Positions 62,652-64,000 of a DNA stretch of 64,000 bases are shown in pieces. Origin of the DNA: Rhina ancylostomus (Eukaryota); the NCBI GenBank assembly GCA_030265395.1, contig JARFYF010000094.1, positions 70,486,981 to 70,550,980 of the forward strand, read 5' to 3'. The notes under the pieces were generated by a model, which was not told the origin of the DNA, ran no database searches, and was given only the letters and a program-made list of their open reading frames with translations. The position numbers and the translations under genes were made by a program. Every line of letters begins with the position of its first letter. The first letter of the stretch is position 1.

Positions 62652-63018
62652 AATTGGTTTATTATTGTCACATGTACCGAGGTACAGTGAAAAACTTTGT
62701 TCTGCATGCCATCCACACAGATCATTTCATCACATCAGACCATTGAGGTAGTACAAGGGAAAGCAATAACAGAACATAGCATAAAGTGTTACAGTTACAG
62801 AGAAAGTGCTGTGCAGGCAGACAATAACGGAAGGCCATAATGAGGTAGATTGTGAGGTTAAGAGTCCATCTTATTGTACTAAGGAACCGTTCAGTGATCT
62901 TATGATAGTGGGATAGAAGCTTTTCTATCTTCTGCCTGTTGGGAGAGGGAAGAAGAGAGAATTACTGGGGTGGGTGGTGTCTTTGATTATGTTGGCTTCT
63001 TTACTGAGGCAGCGAGAA
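62652..63018 (-). mobile_element. Rex1/Babar LINE 3' end (distal half of a split copy)
   Basis: Reverse complement of the same tail as 15000-15388 ('attggtttattattgtcacatgtac...tacagtgaaaa'). Confidence 0.9.
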
Positions 63019-63064
63019 GCTGCCAAGAGTACTAAAGCCAAAGTAGAAGTCAACTAAAATATTG

Positions 63065-63432
63065 CAAAGTTGGGAATCCTTGGAGGAACAGAGGGATCTT
63101 GGGTTCCTCATCCATAGAACCCTCAAGGTCGCCGCGCAGGTCGATAGGGTTGTTAAGAAGGCGTATGGTGTGCTGGCCTCACTACTGGTGGTACTGAGTT
63201 CAAGAGCCGCCAGGTGACGTTGCAGCTGTATAGATCTCTGGTTAGACCACACTGTGTTCAGTTCTGGTCATCTCTAATGAAGGATGTGGAAGCTGTAGAG
63301 AGGGTGCAGAGGAGATTTACCAGGCTGTTGCCTGGATTGGAGAGCATGTCTTATCAGGATAGGCTGAGTGAGCTAGGGCTTTTCTCTTTGGAGAGAAGGA
63401 GGATGAGAGGTGACTTGATAGAGGTGTACAAG
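63065..63432 (+). mobile_element. Relatively young CR1 ORF2 C-terminal fragment
   Basis: ORF 63214: LQLYRSLVRPHCVQFWS..KDVEAVERVQRRFTRLLPGLESMSYQDRLSELGLFSLERRRMRGDLIEVYK; runs into an N gap. Confidence 0.95.
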
Positions 63433-63532
63433 NNNNNNNNNNNNNNNNNNNNNNNNNNNNNNNNNNNNNNNNNNNNNNNNNNNNNNNNNNNNNNNNNNNN
63501 NNNNNNNNNNNNNNNNNNNNNNNNNNNNNNNN

Positions 63533-63828
63533 AAGTTGGTTTCTGTGACATGCTGAGCTGTGTCCACAACTTGCTGCAGTTTTTTGCAGTCTCAGACAGA
63601 GCAGTTGCCATACCAAGGTGTGATTCATCTGGATAGGATGCTTTCTATGGTGCATCGATAAAAATGGGTGAGTGTCAACGGGTACATGTCAAATTTCTTC
63701 AGCCCCCTATGGAAGTAGAGGCCCTGGTGCACTTTCTTGGTTTTTGCATCTACACCAGTAAAGGTTATTGTTGATGTTCACTCCTAGGAACTTGTAGCTC
63801 TCAACCCTCTCAACCTTAGTACCTCAAT
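63533..63828 (-). mobile_element. Rex1/Babar LINE (proximal half of the split copy)
   Basis: 'gttgatgttcactcctaggaacttgtagctctcaac' is the reverse complement of 14931-14965; traces of .ERVESYKFLGVNI and ...W...CSKLW.. Confidence 0.88.
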
Positions 63829-64000
63829 GCTCACCAGATGGATATGAACAGGTTTGGTCTGATTGCTGATGTCTTTTCCCTTCACAGGTGCTGAAGGATC
63901 TCCAGCTGCTTGCCCTTTACTCATGACATTGCCTGCTTTACAAAGTGTAAAGACCAGATCCGCAGGTGACAGTGCCTATGCATAACTTTAAAAGCTCAAT

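Overview
AT-rich, CpG-depleted vertebrate DNA from a gapped draft assembly (17 N-runs). The repeat content points to a cartilaginous fish, probably a batoid (inference): CR1, L2, Rex1/Babar, RTE and Crack/Daphne-like LINE relics, V-SINEs, Deu-domain SINEs and Penelope remnants. I found no recognisable host protein-coding gene, RNA gene or CRISPR array. Every ORF I can recognise is a broken retroelement fragment; the rest look like noise. The window is most likely intergenic or inside a very large intron. Most notable: (1) many short Penelope-derived inverted-repeat elements with minimal hammerhead-ribozyme cores, in two subfamilies (CUGAUGA and variant CUGAUGC); (2) a V-SINE lineage that seems to have swapped a CR1 tail for a Rex1/Babar tail; (3) a sharply bounded CpG-rich, motif-dense segment at 13288-13513, probably a solo LTR, with a + strand splice donor; (4) a few orphan exon-like and enhancer-like segments. 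Family names come from recalled consensus motifs, not database searches, and most repeat boundaries are approximate (tens of bp).
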